From Octopus sinensis (lineage: Eukaryota), in the NCBI RefSeq assembly GCF_006345805.1, contig NC_043013.1:43276001-43340000 (forward strand): a DNA stretch of 64,000 nt, written 5' to 3'. Below are positions 12,461-26,280 of the stretch, piece by piece; position 1 is the stretch's first letter; every line of letters starts with the position of its first letter. The notes below the pieces were generated by a model that saw only the letters and a list, made by a program, of their open reading frames with translations, was not told the origin of the DNA and did no database searches. The translations under genes were made by a program, and so were the position numbers.

Positions 12461-13039
12461 GATTTATTTCATCTGGAGAAACTAGTATGACCCTTCGTGG
12501 GTCCATATAAGATTTTGTTATTAAAATTTATGTACAATAAATTGGTTACACTTCTATGGATCCACAAAATATTTTCGCAATTTCTTAATACAGTTTCTAA
12601 TATTATTTAATTATAAAAACATAATTGGATTTTTTAAATATCTAATGGCTCCGGAGGTTCATTCTAGTAAAATAAGAATCAAAGAGATCCATAGGTAAAA
12701 AAATGGTTAAGAAACACTGATCAAAACAGTCACTCAGCCTGGTAAACATAGCAACGAAATCTGCTACAAATCATGGTACTTATTTTATCGACCCCGAAAG
12801 AGTAAAAAGGCAAAATCAACTTCGGCAGAATTTGAACTCACAACATACAGACGGACGAAATGCCGCTAAGCATTTTGCCCGGCGTGCTAGCGATTCTGCC
12901 AGCTCGCCGCCCTAACTCCTATCGTAATATCGATCCTTCGATTTATTCTTTATTGTTATTGTTGTTGTTTATCGTGTCCCCTCTTCTAAATATTCCTTTT
13001 CTTTTCTCTTTTTTTAAACAGATCCATAGCTGAGCCAGA

Positions 13040-13247
13040 ATGTCCAAGGTGGAATTGGTCCGTTCTCATTTGCAGGACTTTGGAATGGCAGCTAATGTCA
13101 TTCTAAACCAAAACATAAAAAAGCAGATAAAGGCTGGCAAGTCAGTTCATGCTTTTGGTTTTGGGCAGTCGCCATTCCCCGTAATGGAGGAAGCCATCGA
13201 GGCACTTCGTGAACACGCAGAAGAGAACGAGTATGTGCCGGTTGCAG
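13040..13247 (+). CDS. PLP-dependent aminotransferase (class I/II, aspartate-aminotransferase-like), coding exon 1 of 12
   Basis: Acceptor tttaaacag ends at 13021, ATG at 13040. Encodes MSKVELVRSHLQ...HAFGFGQSPFP...EYVPVA. Donor G|gtaaat, phase 1. Confidence 0.9.
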
Positions 13248-13657
13248 GTAAATAAAATAACTATTATGAATATTTCGCTTTTGCATTTAGTTTGCAAGGT
13301 TCTTTATGTGAATTCGTGTATTGAAACAAATTTTGATGCGTCTAGGTAGTGTTATTACGCCAATATTAATAATACTCGCTCTGGGTTCAATCCCGCCACA
13401 TTATTTGTTAATATCTTATTAATTTTTACTTGTTTCAGTCATTAGACTGCGGCCATGCTGGGGCACCGCCTTGAATTTTTAGTCGAACTAATCGACCCCA
13501 GTATTTATTTATTTATTTATTTATTGCTAAGCCTGGTAATTATTCTATCGGTTTTTTTGCCGAACTATTAAATTACGGGGGCGTAAACATACCAACAGCG
13601 GATGTCAAGCTGTTGTGGGAGACAAACACAGACATAAACACACACACACACACACAC

Positions 13658-13758
<101 letters not shown>

Positions 13759-13984
13759 ATACTACTGGCTTCTTTCAGTTTCCGTCGACCAAATCCACTG
13801 AGAAGCCTTTGGTCGGCCCGAGGCTATAGTAGAAGACACCTAAGGCGCCACGCAGTGGGACTGAACCCGGAACTATGTGGTTGGGAAGCAAACCTCTTAC
13901 CGCACAACCACGCCAGTGCCTCTGTTTAATATCACCACCATCATCATCATCACCATCATCATCGTCATCATTATCACTACCACC

Positions 13985-14284
13985 AACACCATCGTTGTCG
14001 TTTTAAGGCTCACTTTTTCATGCTCACATGGGTGGGATAGAATTTGTTGAGTCGGGTTTTTGCAGCTGGATGCCCTTCTTGTCACCTACCCTCACGTGTT
14101 GCCAAGTAAGATGATATTTCCCCCATAACCAGACACGCTTTCACGAAAGATCGGAAACGAAGGACACTGCTTGCATGACGGGTACACTCATTTACGACCA
14201 TTATGCGATGCCAAGGCCAGGACATAGTAACACACATACATGCACACACACACACACACGCACACACACACGCACACACACACT

Positions 14285-14317
<33 letters not shown>

Positions 14318-14550
14318 ACATCAACATCAAAATAAAAATCAAATGGAAATTGTAGTTGTGATACCCGTGCCGGGGGCACGTAAAAAGCACCCACTACATT
14401 TTACGGAGTGGTTGGCGTTAGGAAGAGTATCCAGCAGTAGAAACACTGCCCGATCAGACTGGAGCCTGGGGCAGCCTCCTGACTTCCCAGACCCCGGTCG
14501 AACCGTCCAACCCCTGCTAGCATGGAAAACAGACGTTAAACGATGATGAT
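13985..14550. mobile_element. longer member of the (CAT)n-flanked TIR family
   Basis: Left end catcgttgtcgttttaaggctcactttttcatgc, right end gctagcatggaaaacagacgttaaacgatgatg. Confidence 0.6.
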
Positions 14551-14557
14551 GATATAT

Positions 14558-14597
<40 letters not shown>

Positions 14598-15904
14598 GAC
14601 AGGCTTCTTCAGTTTCCGTCTTCGAAATCTACTCACAAGGCTTTGGTCGGCCTGAGGTTATGGCAGAAAACACTTGTCCCAACGTGCCACGCACTGGGAC
14701 TGAACCCAGAATTATATGGTTGGGAAGCAAACTTCTTACCAAAGAGCCAAGCTTAATTTTGCATGTAAATGAATTATTTATTCTGAGTGTCTTAGAAGCT
14801 TTAATAAGCTGCAGGTAAATAAAATAAGCGTGAAGAATATATCTTACTATTTCCTAGATTAGCCTTAACGCAACTCCCGAATTAGCAGCGTCTCATAGTG
14901 CTTTGGTATATTTAGCGCGCCCTCCACATCCAAACGTGAAGTTCATCTCGGAAGGTTTTGCACTCAGCATGTAAAGGGTTCCCGCAAAGTACCGCAAAGC
15001 ATTCGTCCAGTGCTCTTATGTTTTTATAATAAAATTAATTATTTTTTTTTAAGTAAGTCTGTTTGGTTCTGTTAAGTAGTGTTGGGGATTACAAGGAATT
15101 AAATACTTTGTTCTTAGGATTATGGCTGTTTACAGAATATTCCACCAGGATTCCCACAGGTGAATAAACAAATAAGTATATAATTATGATTTTAAATAAT
15201 TCAGGATAGTGAATTAATGTGTTGCGTGGGTGGATTTATAAATTTAAATTTGCTGTCAATGTGAGAATAAATGAATACAAGAAGTAACAAAAAAAGGGAC
15301 TTAGATTTACCAGAATAGAAAGAAAAAGAAAGAAGAACATTAACGTGAGAAAAGAAAGAGAAGAAAATATGCCTCTTGTATTAAAGAATACTTGTAAAAC
15401 AGAATTTAATATTGTTTTATGTTTATCGGATTACTGACCAATAGTATTAGTAGATTTTTGAGATTAATAATGTAATAAGAACATGCAATTGTTTTTGGAA
15501 TGTTTTGGCTGGATTAACGTGGTTGAATGAAACAAAATGTGTACAGAAATAAATACGAGATTAAATGACTCGAGATTGAGAAAGAATTAAGCTGTGGAGA
15601 AACGTTTAGCGCCAACAAATCGTAGCGGCCGATTGGTTCGGCGACCCGGGAAGTTTGGAATTATTTGAAATTTTTCTTGCCGAAATTAGTGCCGGATTAC
15701 AGGCTGCCGGATTAGTGGCAGTCTACTGTAAAAAGTATTGCTACATGAAAAAAAAAAGAGACCTGCATTTCTCTGTCAACCCTCGTGTGTCTCCCCGTCA
15801 CATGCTATCCCTTGATCAAGGTGTTTTACAAAGTAACTTGTTTGAAAAAAAAAAAAAATTTTTAAATAGTAAAGTTATTCAATTTATATATTGAATTCAA
15901 TTAT

Positions 15905-16317
15905 GGGATCTTTTCGGTTTGAACGGCAGTTTTTAACATAATTTCCACGTAACTAAACACTTTTAAACTTCGTATACTAGTAGAATGTGTTCATAAAACA
16001 TCTTTTTTTCTCTTGGCTTTATTGAGAAAATTCTATAGTTTGTAAGATATCTGTAGTTTTTTTCTGCAATTTCAGCAATTTCAACCAATCAGTGACGTCT
16101 ATTAAGTTAAAAAGCATTCTGTGCCGTATGAATATGTCCCTCGTTTAAGAAATAGATTGGGTTTATTTACATTTGTGAAGAAAAAAAGATACCCTTCCCC
16201 CCACCCATAACCATAAAACAGATTGAAATGCAATAGATCGATACTAGGGTCATTATTATGGGTGACAATTTCATATGACACCGCTAGAAAAACTGCCGTT
16301 CAAAGCGAAAAGATCCC
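15905..16317. mobile_element. MITE, 413 bp, with GGGATC termini
   Basis: About 30-bp TIR GGGATCTTTTCGSTTTGAACGGCAGTTTTT, with AATTAT directly flanking both ends. Confidence 0.88.
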
Positions 16318-16479
16318 AATTATGTATCATAAGAAAAATATTACGGCTGTGTTTTATTTGCCTTTCACCCATCCGGGTAACTATTATTAGCACAATGATC
16401 TAATACTTCGCCTCTCCTCTCAAAATTGCCTGAATGGGAAACATTTATGAATCTCCGTCGTCTGATCTTCTCTTTCTAG

Positions 16480-16614
16480 GTATTCCTCTACTACGGCAAG
16501 CAATCAGTGATTTCCACTTCCGGTACGACAAAATCCGATTCTCACCGGACAATATCATTGTTGGGCCTGGAAGCAAGGAGTTGATATACGCGTTAGTTAA
16601 CGTTTTCGGAGGAG
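16480..16614 (+). CDS. aminotransferase coding exon 2
   Basis: tctttctag|GT..., encodes (G)IPLLRQAISDFHFRYD...IIVGPGSKELIY...FGG. Donor G|gtaagt, phases 1/1. Confidence 0.92.
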
Positions 16615-16826
16615 GTAAGTAATGGCTTTGGCACTCGTACACACATACACACACACATGCACACGCACATACACACTCACACACATTCACACACATACAT
16701 ACATACATATATACACGGTACAAACATATATATATATTTATACATATTTAAGAAAAATAAAAACGAGAAATCCAGTTTTTTTATATTTTTAAATAAATGT
16801 TCAAGAAAAATAGATAGGTAGGTAAA

Positions 16827-16882
<56 letters not shown>

Positions 16883-16900
16883 TAGATAGATAGATAGATA

Positions 16901-18834
16901 AGTTTCTTTATTGGCCACACAGGGCTGCACACAGATGGGACAAGTTACAAGGTAGAGCTTTTCTTTTGGGGGAGAAAAAAAAAAAGGTGGCGTAGGTTTT
17001 CGATCAAGAGGAATCGTAAAAGGGAAGAAAAGAACAAAAACAAAAAAAAAACAAAAAATTGAATAAAATAAAAAGAATAAAAAGAAAAAAAAAGGAAAAG
17101 GAAAAGGAACAAAAGGAAAGAGAAATGAAAAAAGAAGAAAAAAGGGGAAAAAAAGGGGAAGAGGAAAAAAAAAAGAACGATCAATAGGGATCGTGTATCA
17201 CAGTGTTATGATATATGGCGTAAAGGGGAAAGCAAGTAAGGTTTATCCGTGGGAAGAAAAGCCTACGAAAAAGACCACGGTAACCTTTGTCAATATTGTT
17301 ATGTTACCACATTTGTTTGCAAGTGGGTAACCCTCTGTTTTCAATTTCTGGGTTCATAGGATTATGCTCAAGGTGACTTCGTCATTCATGCGTGCCATCC
17401 TTGCTACATTCACCCATCTTTTTTTAAAACATTCGCTAGACAAAACTTGCCTCTCTACTCTCACTTCCTTTTCAAGTGGTACTTGAAGAAGTTGATGAGA
17501 GATTGACCAGAGAGGAAAGTGTTTGTCTCCAATCCTTTCAGACGCGTCCACCAGATACATTCTTTCGCCATAGCCACAAGGATGATGAAAATAGCTCTTC
17601 CTTCCCGTTTGAAGGAAGGAGGCGTGACAATATTGACGATAGACTCAGCTGATAAACCGACTCGTCCCACACGTGACAGCAGTTGTTCGACATAAGCCCA
17701 CAGGTCGGAAATTGTTGGACACTGCACGAGTGCGTGCAGAACGGTTTCGTCGCTCTGACCGCATCTCGGGCAGGTCGGCCCCGTGTTTCTCGAGCCGTGT
17801 CTGTAGAGCTTATCCCGAACGGGTAGCGCTTCTCGGTAGCACTGCCAGGCCAGGGATCTCTGGAAGTTGTCCATGGGCCCTGGCCCGAAAGTCGTCCTGA
17901 ACAGGTGGGTCAGGTACTCCTCGTCGACGTCCAGGTTCGCCCCGAGCTCGTCGTCGTACCTCCCCTCCACTAATCCCCTATAGAATGCTTTGGTTGTGTT
18001 GAAGTCACGCAAGGTCGACCCGGGACGGCAGAGTTGCTTGAGAGCAACGCGACACTCGCGGTGCCAATCGCCCTTCCTCGGCCTCTTTTTGATCCACGAC
18101 TGCAGTTCGGTCATGGAGACGAGCTGCGGGAAAGCGTGCCTCACAAACGGCGACCACACCTGTTCACCGTCGTCTACATAGAGCCAGAGATGCCGCAGTC
18201 TCAGCGCGTGTCTGCGCATCATCAACCACGGCATGTCCAGCCCTCCTTTTAGCGGGTGTTGACAGCAAATGGATCGCCTGACCATCTGGACGCATCCTTT
18301 CCACAAGAAGCGAAAGAGAATGCGTTGTAGTTTGGTGATGGTAGGGTCGGGACAAGGTACGACGGTCAGGCGGTAGTAGATGACGGACGCGATGTACGTG
18401 TTCGCCACCTCCGCCCGACCTTTTAGGGACAGTTTCCTCTTGGCCCATTGCCGGGCGAGAGTGACCACCCTACTCGTTATCTCGTTCCAGTTCTTCTCCA
18501 CTTGGAGGTCTGGACCAAACCAGACCCCGAGCAACTCAACCGGGCCGTCGGTCCAGCGTCCCACGACGGAGGCGCTGGTGGACGGCATGGGCTTGCTTCT
18601 CCAGGTGCCTAGTCGCAAGCCCACTGACTTTTCCCGGTTGATTTTCGCTCCTGTCACCGCTTCGTAGTTTTTCAGTGTCTCGCCGACCTGCTCGATGTGC
18701 TCGTGGCTAGACACTATGACGGTGACGTCGTCCGCGTATGCAGACACGCTCGTCCCACATCCCAGTTCTCGCGGGATGCCCCTCAAAGTTGCCAGCTTCC
18801 GCAATAATGGCTCGAGAGTCAATACGTATAGAAG
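16901..18834 (-). mobile_element. Tx1/L1-clade LINE, 5'-truncated within RT, with 3'UTR
   Basis: ORF 18822->17461 with YADD and CPRC..H..C, homologous to the 29-32 kb copy. A 1-nt frameshift near 17465 continues in ORF 17354-17560. Ends GTGGCCAATAAAGAAA and is flanked by (GATA/GACA)n. Confidence 0.92.
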
Positions 18835-18835
18835 C

Positions 18836-19205
<370 letters not shown>

Positions 19206-19704
19206 TATCGACACCAGATTATTGGTATCGCAACAATGCCTAAGCAAAATATCTTTCTTTCCTGACCTGACTGCCGACCGTCAACACGTCTTGTGTCCAT
19301 CTCTCATGTTCCTGCCTTTAGGCTTTCACTTCATACACGCCAGCTCAATTTGAACCGTTCTCAGTCGAAAGACGCATGTTGTTATTTCTTGTTGTTTGTA
19401 TTTGTAATTATGTACCATGTTCTCCGTTTTTTGTTTGTTTGTTTTTTTCCGTCTTTGTTGCCGTACACATTCGCTAGCTTTCTAATGCTCTTTGCTTAGA
19501 CTTCTTGGGGGACAACCAGATCGAACCATTCAAAGCGTAGCTGTCCGAAATGGTCGTGATTTCTGGTACTTGACTGATGAAAGAAAGCCAAGAATGATCC
19601 GTCTTTTTTTGCCCGTCCTTCTAATTGTTGTTTTTCTTGTCCGCCTTTGTGTCGTCTATTTTTCCGAACGTTTTAATGCCCTATATTGCGTTTTTTTCCA
19701 TTAT

Positions 19705-19761
<57 letters not shown>

Positions 19762-21205
19762 CACTTTTCTTCTACCCCCTTCCTGCCTTTTGTTTACATT
19801 AACGATGACCAACTCCTTAAACTTAGATCCAGCATTTTAATTGATAACATAGAAATGTATCTATTATTTACATTTATTCTTTATAGTCAATACCAATCTA
19901 AATTTATCAACTCTCAGTCTTCCATACATTGTATATATAAAAGATAGATGTGTTTGTATACAGCAGAGTAACAGAGTTGACGCATTGGTGTACTCATGAT
20001 GTTTTGTTGATCTGAGGAGCTAGCCTTTTGTGACTGCATTGATTTGTAAATATACAATAGTACTGTGCAATGTGTAGCAAGCATATTGATGCAGGCATCT
20101 AACATAATTTTTTATACACAGAAATTATACTTACGTGATGAAGGTTGCGAAACGGCCGTCATCTTACACATATCAAATGGTTAAATAAATACATTCACTT
20201 CTCATAACACCTGAATTTTTATGATCCATATATATATATATATATATTTGTGTGTGTGTGGAGGCGCAATGACCCAGTGGTTAGGGCAGTGGACTCGCGG
20301 TCGGAGGATCGCGTTTTCGATTCCCAGACCGGGCGTTGTGTGTTTATTGAGCGAAAACACCCAAAAGCTCCACGATGCTCCGGCAGGGGGTGGTGGCGAC
20401 CCATGTTGTACTCTTTTGCCACAACTTTCTCTCACTCTCTCGCTTCTTGTTTCTTGAGTAACGCCGCGATGGACTGGCGTCCCGTCCAGTTGTGGGGAAC
20501 ACACACGCCACAGAAACCGGGAAACCAGGCCAATGAGCCTGGCTACGCTTTAAAGAGGGCGACGTTTATATATATATATATATATATATGTATATACACG
20601 ACGGACTTCTTTTAGTTTCCGTCTATCAAATCCAATCACAAAGCTTTGGTCTACCCGAGGTTCTAGTTAAAGACATTTGCTAAGGTGTCAAGCATTGGGA
20701 TTGAAACCGGAATCATATGGTTAGAAAGAAAACTTCTTATCACACAGCCACGCCTGCATCTATATTTATATTCTTTTCCCCCTTTTTTTGTCTTCTTGTG
20801 AAGACCTGTCGAACCGAGTGAAATCGTAGTCGTGGCCGATGCCAGTGCCGGCACGTAAAAAGCGCCGTTCGAGCGCTGGGTCTCATGGAGGTAGTGACTG
20901 ATGACCAAGATATACCGTGCATGTGTCGACCTGTGAAGCCAAATGAAACCATAGTCGTGACCGATGCCGGTGTCAGGTCAATGACACACTCTACACTCTG
21001 GGAGTGGTTGGCGTTAGGAAGGGCATCCACCCGTAGAAACCTTGCCAGAACAGATTGGAACCTGATGCAGCTCCCACCCCGGCTTACCAGTTTTCAGTCA
21101 AACCGTCCAACCTATGCCAGCATGGAAAGCAGACTTTAAATGATGATGATGAAGTATACAAAGTTATCATCCATCTCTCCTCCTCCTATTCTTTCTCTGT
21201 CTCTC

Positions 21206-21241
<36 letters not shown>

Positions 21242-21291
21242 GCCCTGCCTATGTTCTTACTAACTGTAATTTTCCTGAACTCTCTTTCCAG

Positions 21292-21419
21292 ACATATTAG
21301 TTATATCCCCGTCTTGGACCACGTACAAACCTCAAACCCAGCTGGCCAACCAAAGATGTGTAGTTCTAAATACCACAGCGGAGGACGAGTGGAGGGTGAC
21401 TCCAGAAATAGTCGAAAAG
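21292..21419 (+). CDS. aminotransferase coding exon 3
   Basis: ctctttccag|AC, encodes (D)ILVISPSWTTYKPQ...EDEWRVTPEIVEK. Donor |gtaaga, phases 1/0. Confidence 0.9.
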
Positions 21420-21842
21420 GTAAGAGAAGTAATCTTTCGAAACACCAAATTGTCTGTCTTAAATTTGGTGTTTATACTTCTGGTACTCCGTCGGTTGCGA
21501 TGGCGAGCGCTGCAGTTGATCCAATCACTGGAACCGCTTGTTCGTGAAATTAACGTGCAAGTGGCTGAGCTCTCCACAGACACGCATACCCTTAACATAG
21601 TTCTCAGGGAGAAAGCTGGCCTTTCGAAATACACCTACAACTCATTTTCGCCGGCTGAGTGAACTGGACCAACGTGAAGTAAAGTGTCTTACTCAAAGAC
21701 ACAACACGTCGCCGGGAATCGATCTCATGATCATGAGTCGAATACCCAAACTACTAAACCACGCGCCTCCACTTTGGTGTGTATAATATCTAATGCAGGG
21801 AGTCTCACCATTTTTCTTATCTGTGGTCTCCTTTGTTTACTA

Positions 21843-22409
21843 TTGGGTTGTCCGGAAAGTTCGTGTCGATTTTTAAAGGAAAGAAAAAGTACAATAAATA
21901 CCTGCCGTTACATTTTTAATCAACAAAATATGAACCATTTTGTTGCACAACGCGTCTCCATCTTTCCGTTAACTTGAAAATACCCTCTTCCCAGAATTGA
22001 GGGGGTTTTATGGCAAAGAATTCATCAAGGTATCTTTTTACGTCATCCAAGGAATTAAAATTTTTACCATTAAGACCATTCTGCAGAGACCTGAATAAGT
22101 GGACATCCGAAGGAGCAATATCTGGTGAATATGGAGGGTGGGGTAGCACATCCCAGCCGAGCTGCTGCAATTTTTGTCTGGTTCCCAAAGCATCAAGTGC
22201 CGAAAATGAACTTTTTTATCTTCCATTTTAAAGGGTTACAGAATTAACACAGGTTATAGGAACATAACCCTTCTTCCACGAAAAGATAGCTTAAACTGTG
22301 CTCTAACTGGAAGGTGTTGTCAAATCCTATTTTATGGACTCAACCATATTCTAAAATAAACCGAAAGGTAAGCTGCTATAAATCGGCACGAACTTTCCGG
22401 ATAACCCAA
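21843..22409 (-). mobile_element. internally deleted mariner (about 567 bp) with both TIRs
   Basis: TIR TTGGGTTRTCCGGAAAGTTCGTGYCGATTT at both ends, TA at 21841 and 22410. N-terminal MEDKKVHFRHLMLWE is fused to C-terminal HPPYSPDIAPSD..LF. Confidence 0.93.
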
Positions 22410-23120
22410 TATTTTCTTCTGGTGGACCTTCATAGCTATTTGCTGTTTAAAACTAATTTGATAGAAACTACTTTCAAAGTGTCTATTTTGTTTTTCACAC
22501 ATTAAATTGTGTGGGTTAAACTATGTAAAAAAATTCGAGAAGGAAATCTCGCTGTTACTTGCAATAAATACATACAAAGCAAAACTTTTGTAGGGGCCCT
22601 GAAAATACTATTGTAGATCCCTAATTTACTATTTTGCTACTTGGACACCCAAAAATCTTATATGGACCTTCAGGATCCATATAGGCCTTCAGAGGTGATA
22701 TGGACCCCTGTTGAGAATCACTGGTTTAATAGAATTCACATTAAAATCTTTATTGCTATTTTATAGTCATTCAGCTTGTTCTAACTTCCTAAAACATTAT
22801 ATTGATAAAAGATTTTCTATCGCATATTTACAGTGTGTCCACAGAGTTTCGTCCGATTTCGATTTTTAAAAAAGCGTTTTTAGCCAAAAGGGTCTCTGTT
22901 GATCAATGTTGACCATGGCTGTGTGGTTAAGAATCTCGCTTTGTAATCCGGGGTTTCATGTTCAGTGCCACTGTGCGGCACTTTGGCCAAGTGTCTTCTA
23001 CTATAGCCCCAGGCCGACCAATCCCTTTGATATATGATAGGAAAGACAAAAACTAAGAAGTTAGTTTGGTAGGTGGAAATTGTATGGAAGCCCGTCGTAT
23101 ACATACACACACACATACAT

Positions 23121-23180
<60 letters not shown>

Positions 23181-24459
23181 TATATAATATATATATGCGC
23201 GTGTGTGTGTGCTTTTGTTTGTGTTTGTCCTCCTGCCATTCACATCGCTTGACAATCGGTGTTGGTTTGTTTACGTTCTTGTTACATTAGTGGTTCGACA
23301 AAAGAGACCGATAGAATAAGTAGAAGACGTCAAAATTAAGTCCATGAATCGATATGTTCGGCTAAACCCTTTCAAACCAGTGCCCCAGCATGACCGCAGT
23401 CCAGTAAATGAAACAAATGAAAGACAGAAGAGGTATCTTCTGTACATATATATTCAGATCAGGGCAAGAGTTTTTGAGGAAAACTGAGAGTTTCCCATGA
23501 ATGCATGTCTTCTTCTCTCCAAGTCTATGATGTTTATGCAAGGGAAAGTCCGCTGCTCCGTGGCCGATACATCTTGGTATACCAGCGTTGTCTCAGGTGT
23601 TACCTGACGGACCTCAAACAGTCGAAACAGATACTACAAGGCATCTTATTTCTTTATTGCCCACAAAGGGCTAAACATAGAAAGGACAAACAAGGACAGA
23701 CAAAGGGATTAAGTCGATTACATCGACCCCAGTGCGTAACTGGTACTCAATTTATCGACCCCGAAAGGATGAAAGGTAAAGTCGACCTCGGCGGAATTTG
23801 AACTCAGAACGTAGCGGCAGACGAAATATCGATAATTATTTCGCCCGGCGTGCTAACGTTTCTGCCAGCTCGACGTTCTAATAGTTCCTTAATCCTCTAC
23901 CCCGTATTGATTGGTATTTTCTATCGACCCCCGAAATAATGGTATGCAAAACTGACCGGCGAAAATTGAACTCAGAGCGCAGTCGTGAGAATGCACACCA
24001 AATTATTAACTCGGCTTTTACTACTCTCATTAGTACATTCGGAATCTAATAAGTACAATAAGGGTAAAGGTAAAGACCCCCATCGGTCATTAATGACCAT
24101 GGGATTGCATCTAGAAAGTTCCTCTCCGAGGATAAGTCCGGGTAATGTTGTTTGTGGAAGACCAGCAGTCACCCATGCATACCAAGCTCCCACACTTCGG
24201 ATATTATCAAAAGGAAAGGTAAAGACCGATACAGTTGGCACTAGAAACTCATTTCTACAGCTGAGTGAACTGGAGCAATGTGAAAAATAAAGTGTCTTGC
24301 TCAAGAACACAACACACAGACTGGTCCAAGAATCGAACTCACAACCTCATGATTGTGAACCCGATGCGTTTTGTTAATTGTAATTATGTTCTTGATTTAA
24401 TTAAACTGTTGAAGAATGTTTCCCTCTATAAAACTTAATAATTTCCGGTTGATTTTAAA

Positions 24460-24720
24460 TAGAATTGGACAAAATTAAAACGATTAAATTAATATGGTTA
24501 GCTATAAATGTTTTAAGAAAATTAGGCGAAAATAAAATGATTAATTAAATAAAATCGATTTATTTATTAACAATTTTAACGAAAATTGGGCGAAATTAAA
24601 GCGATTAATTAATACCAGAAGATTATTAATTTTCACGAAAACTGCTCGAAATTACAGCGAATAATTCAATAATATGGTTCGCTTATTGAATTTTGCGAAA
24701 ATTCGGCCAAATTTTCTGAA
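24460..24720. repeat. degenerate AT-rich tandem repeat, period about 58 bp
   Basis: Recurrent GAAAATTRGGCGAAATTAAAGCGATTAATT. Confidence 0.55.
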
Positions 24721-25343
24721 TGCTAATCATTCAATACATTTCTTTCAACTAGCGTTGTCCAAGTTTGCTTTCTCAAGTTTGCTTTCTCAAGTTTGCTTTC
24801 GTTTTTGTTTGCTTCCGTAGGTTCTCATTCATTAGTTATTTGAGGAATGCGTTGATAAACCCTATACCATGTGGTACGTAAGAAAACGCTGTGCGTACAT
24901 ACACGGACGCAAGCACAAGACATTTATATGCATATGTGTGTACACAAAGATACACATACACTCGTGTGTGCGTGCGTGTATATCTTGTATTTTGTATGAA
25001 TGTTTGTATGAATGAATGTGTGTGTTCGTGTGCGTACGTGTGTATGTGAATGTGTGTGTTTGTGTGTATGTATGAGAGAAAGAGAAAGAGAGAGAGATAG
25101 TGAGTGATCGGTTTTGCACTGAATCAAAATGAGGGGACTCACCTATATGAAAATAGTTGAGGTTATATGATATAGGTTTGTAACGATCATACGAATAATG
25201 ATACAACATAATTACGAGTTTCATGTGAATTTTATTGTCTTCACTCATCACACTAGTGTTGTATGGATTTGCTTTGAACACAGCAAAAAGTGGTTGCTAG
25301 AGAAGTCTTGCAAACAAAGCCTTTCGAGAAAGTAAATAAGAGA

Positions 25344-25530
25344 ATTCTGTTGTGTCTGGGGAGAGTCATTTTCTTTTTGTGCCTTATAATTTAACACACT
25401 CACCGGTAAAATTTCCACTTATTTCTTATTTTTATTTTCCCAAAATTTTCGTTGCGTCTTGTAACCTTTTCAATAGTCTTGACACAAAAAGGTACAAAAA
25501 GAAGGTGACTCTCCCCAGATACAACAGAAT
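25344..25530. mobile_element. small MITE / foldback
   Basis: About 40-bp imperfect inverted repeats ATTCTGTTGTRTCTGGGGAGAGTCA..TTCTTTTTGT. Confidence 0.7.
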
Positions 25531-25854
25531 ATGCTTCAACACACGAACTCACATAAAGAATCTTGCAAACCAAATCCGAAGACGAAATAAGAGAATATTC
25601 TTCTATAAAAGAAAAAAAAACTGTCATTATTAAGCTAAGCTGTTAACTATATAACGAAGGCGATTTTTTAAATTAAAATATCCTTTTATTTACCTTCCTG
25701 TAAAGCATATGCGAGCACTTCCGCAGCCGCAGCCATCTTTTGCTATGCTCAACCTGAGCCAAAGCGTGCGCATCTAATCTGTATAGAGCGTTCAACTTTA
25801 CACAATACTCGGAGTTATGTCGCACCGCTTGATAAAGCAATCATTAAATGATAC

Positions 25855-26280
25855 GTACCGTATTTGCCGCTTTATAACACGCACTCTTACATAAAACAAG
25901 CCCATACATTTTTATGAAAAAAGTATATTTTGTGAAAAAAACAAATATATTTCATCATACACTCATTCACTCGGTATTGCATCTGCAATGCGGTCGCATT
26001 AGATGTATGGCCTTTCTTTTTAGCTATATTTAAGAATTTAAAAAGCGTGTTGTATACACCAGCATGCAGCTGGACAAGGAAGACGTGTTCTTGTCTGTCT
26101 CCTGTCCAAGCTTGTTTCTTTGCGTTCGCCACCACAACCTCGTTTAGGCTTTGCAGCTCTTCCTGTTTGCTTTTACTGTTCCGTTTTTGTCACTAATTTT
26201 GACCCTCCGCAAAATCCCAAATTTTATTTAATTTGCATTTTGCGGGAGCAACCGTTTTATCGAAGGCATATCTTGTGAAT
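25855..26280 (-). mobile_element. possible pogo/Tigger-like DNA transposon remnant
   Basis: TACCGTATTTGCCGCTTTATAACACG resembles pogo-type TIRs. The adjacent broken ORF is only weakly suggestive. Confidence 0.3.

Noticed and set aside
19568-19600. CTGATGA-AA-GAAA hammerhead candidate
   Set aside because: There is no room for stem II and no stem III.
23603-23640. CTGACG-GAC..GTC-GAAA candidate
   Set aside because: A9 is missing and stems I and III do not pair; at best a remote relic.
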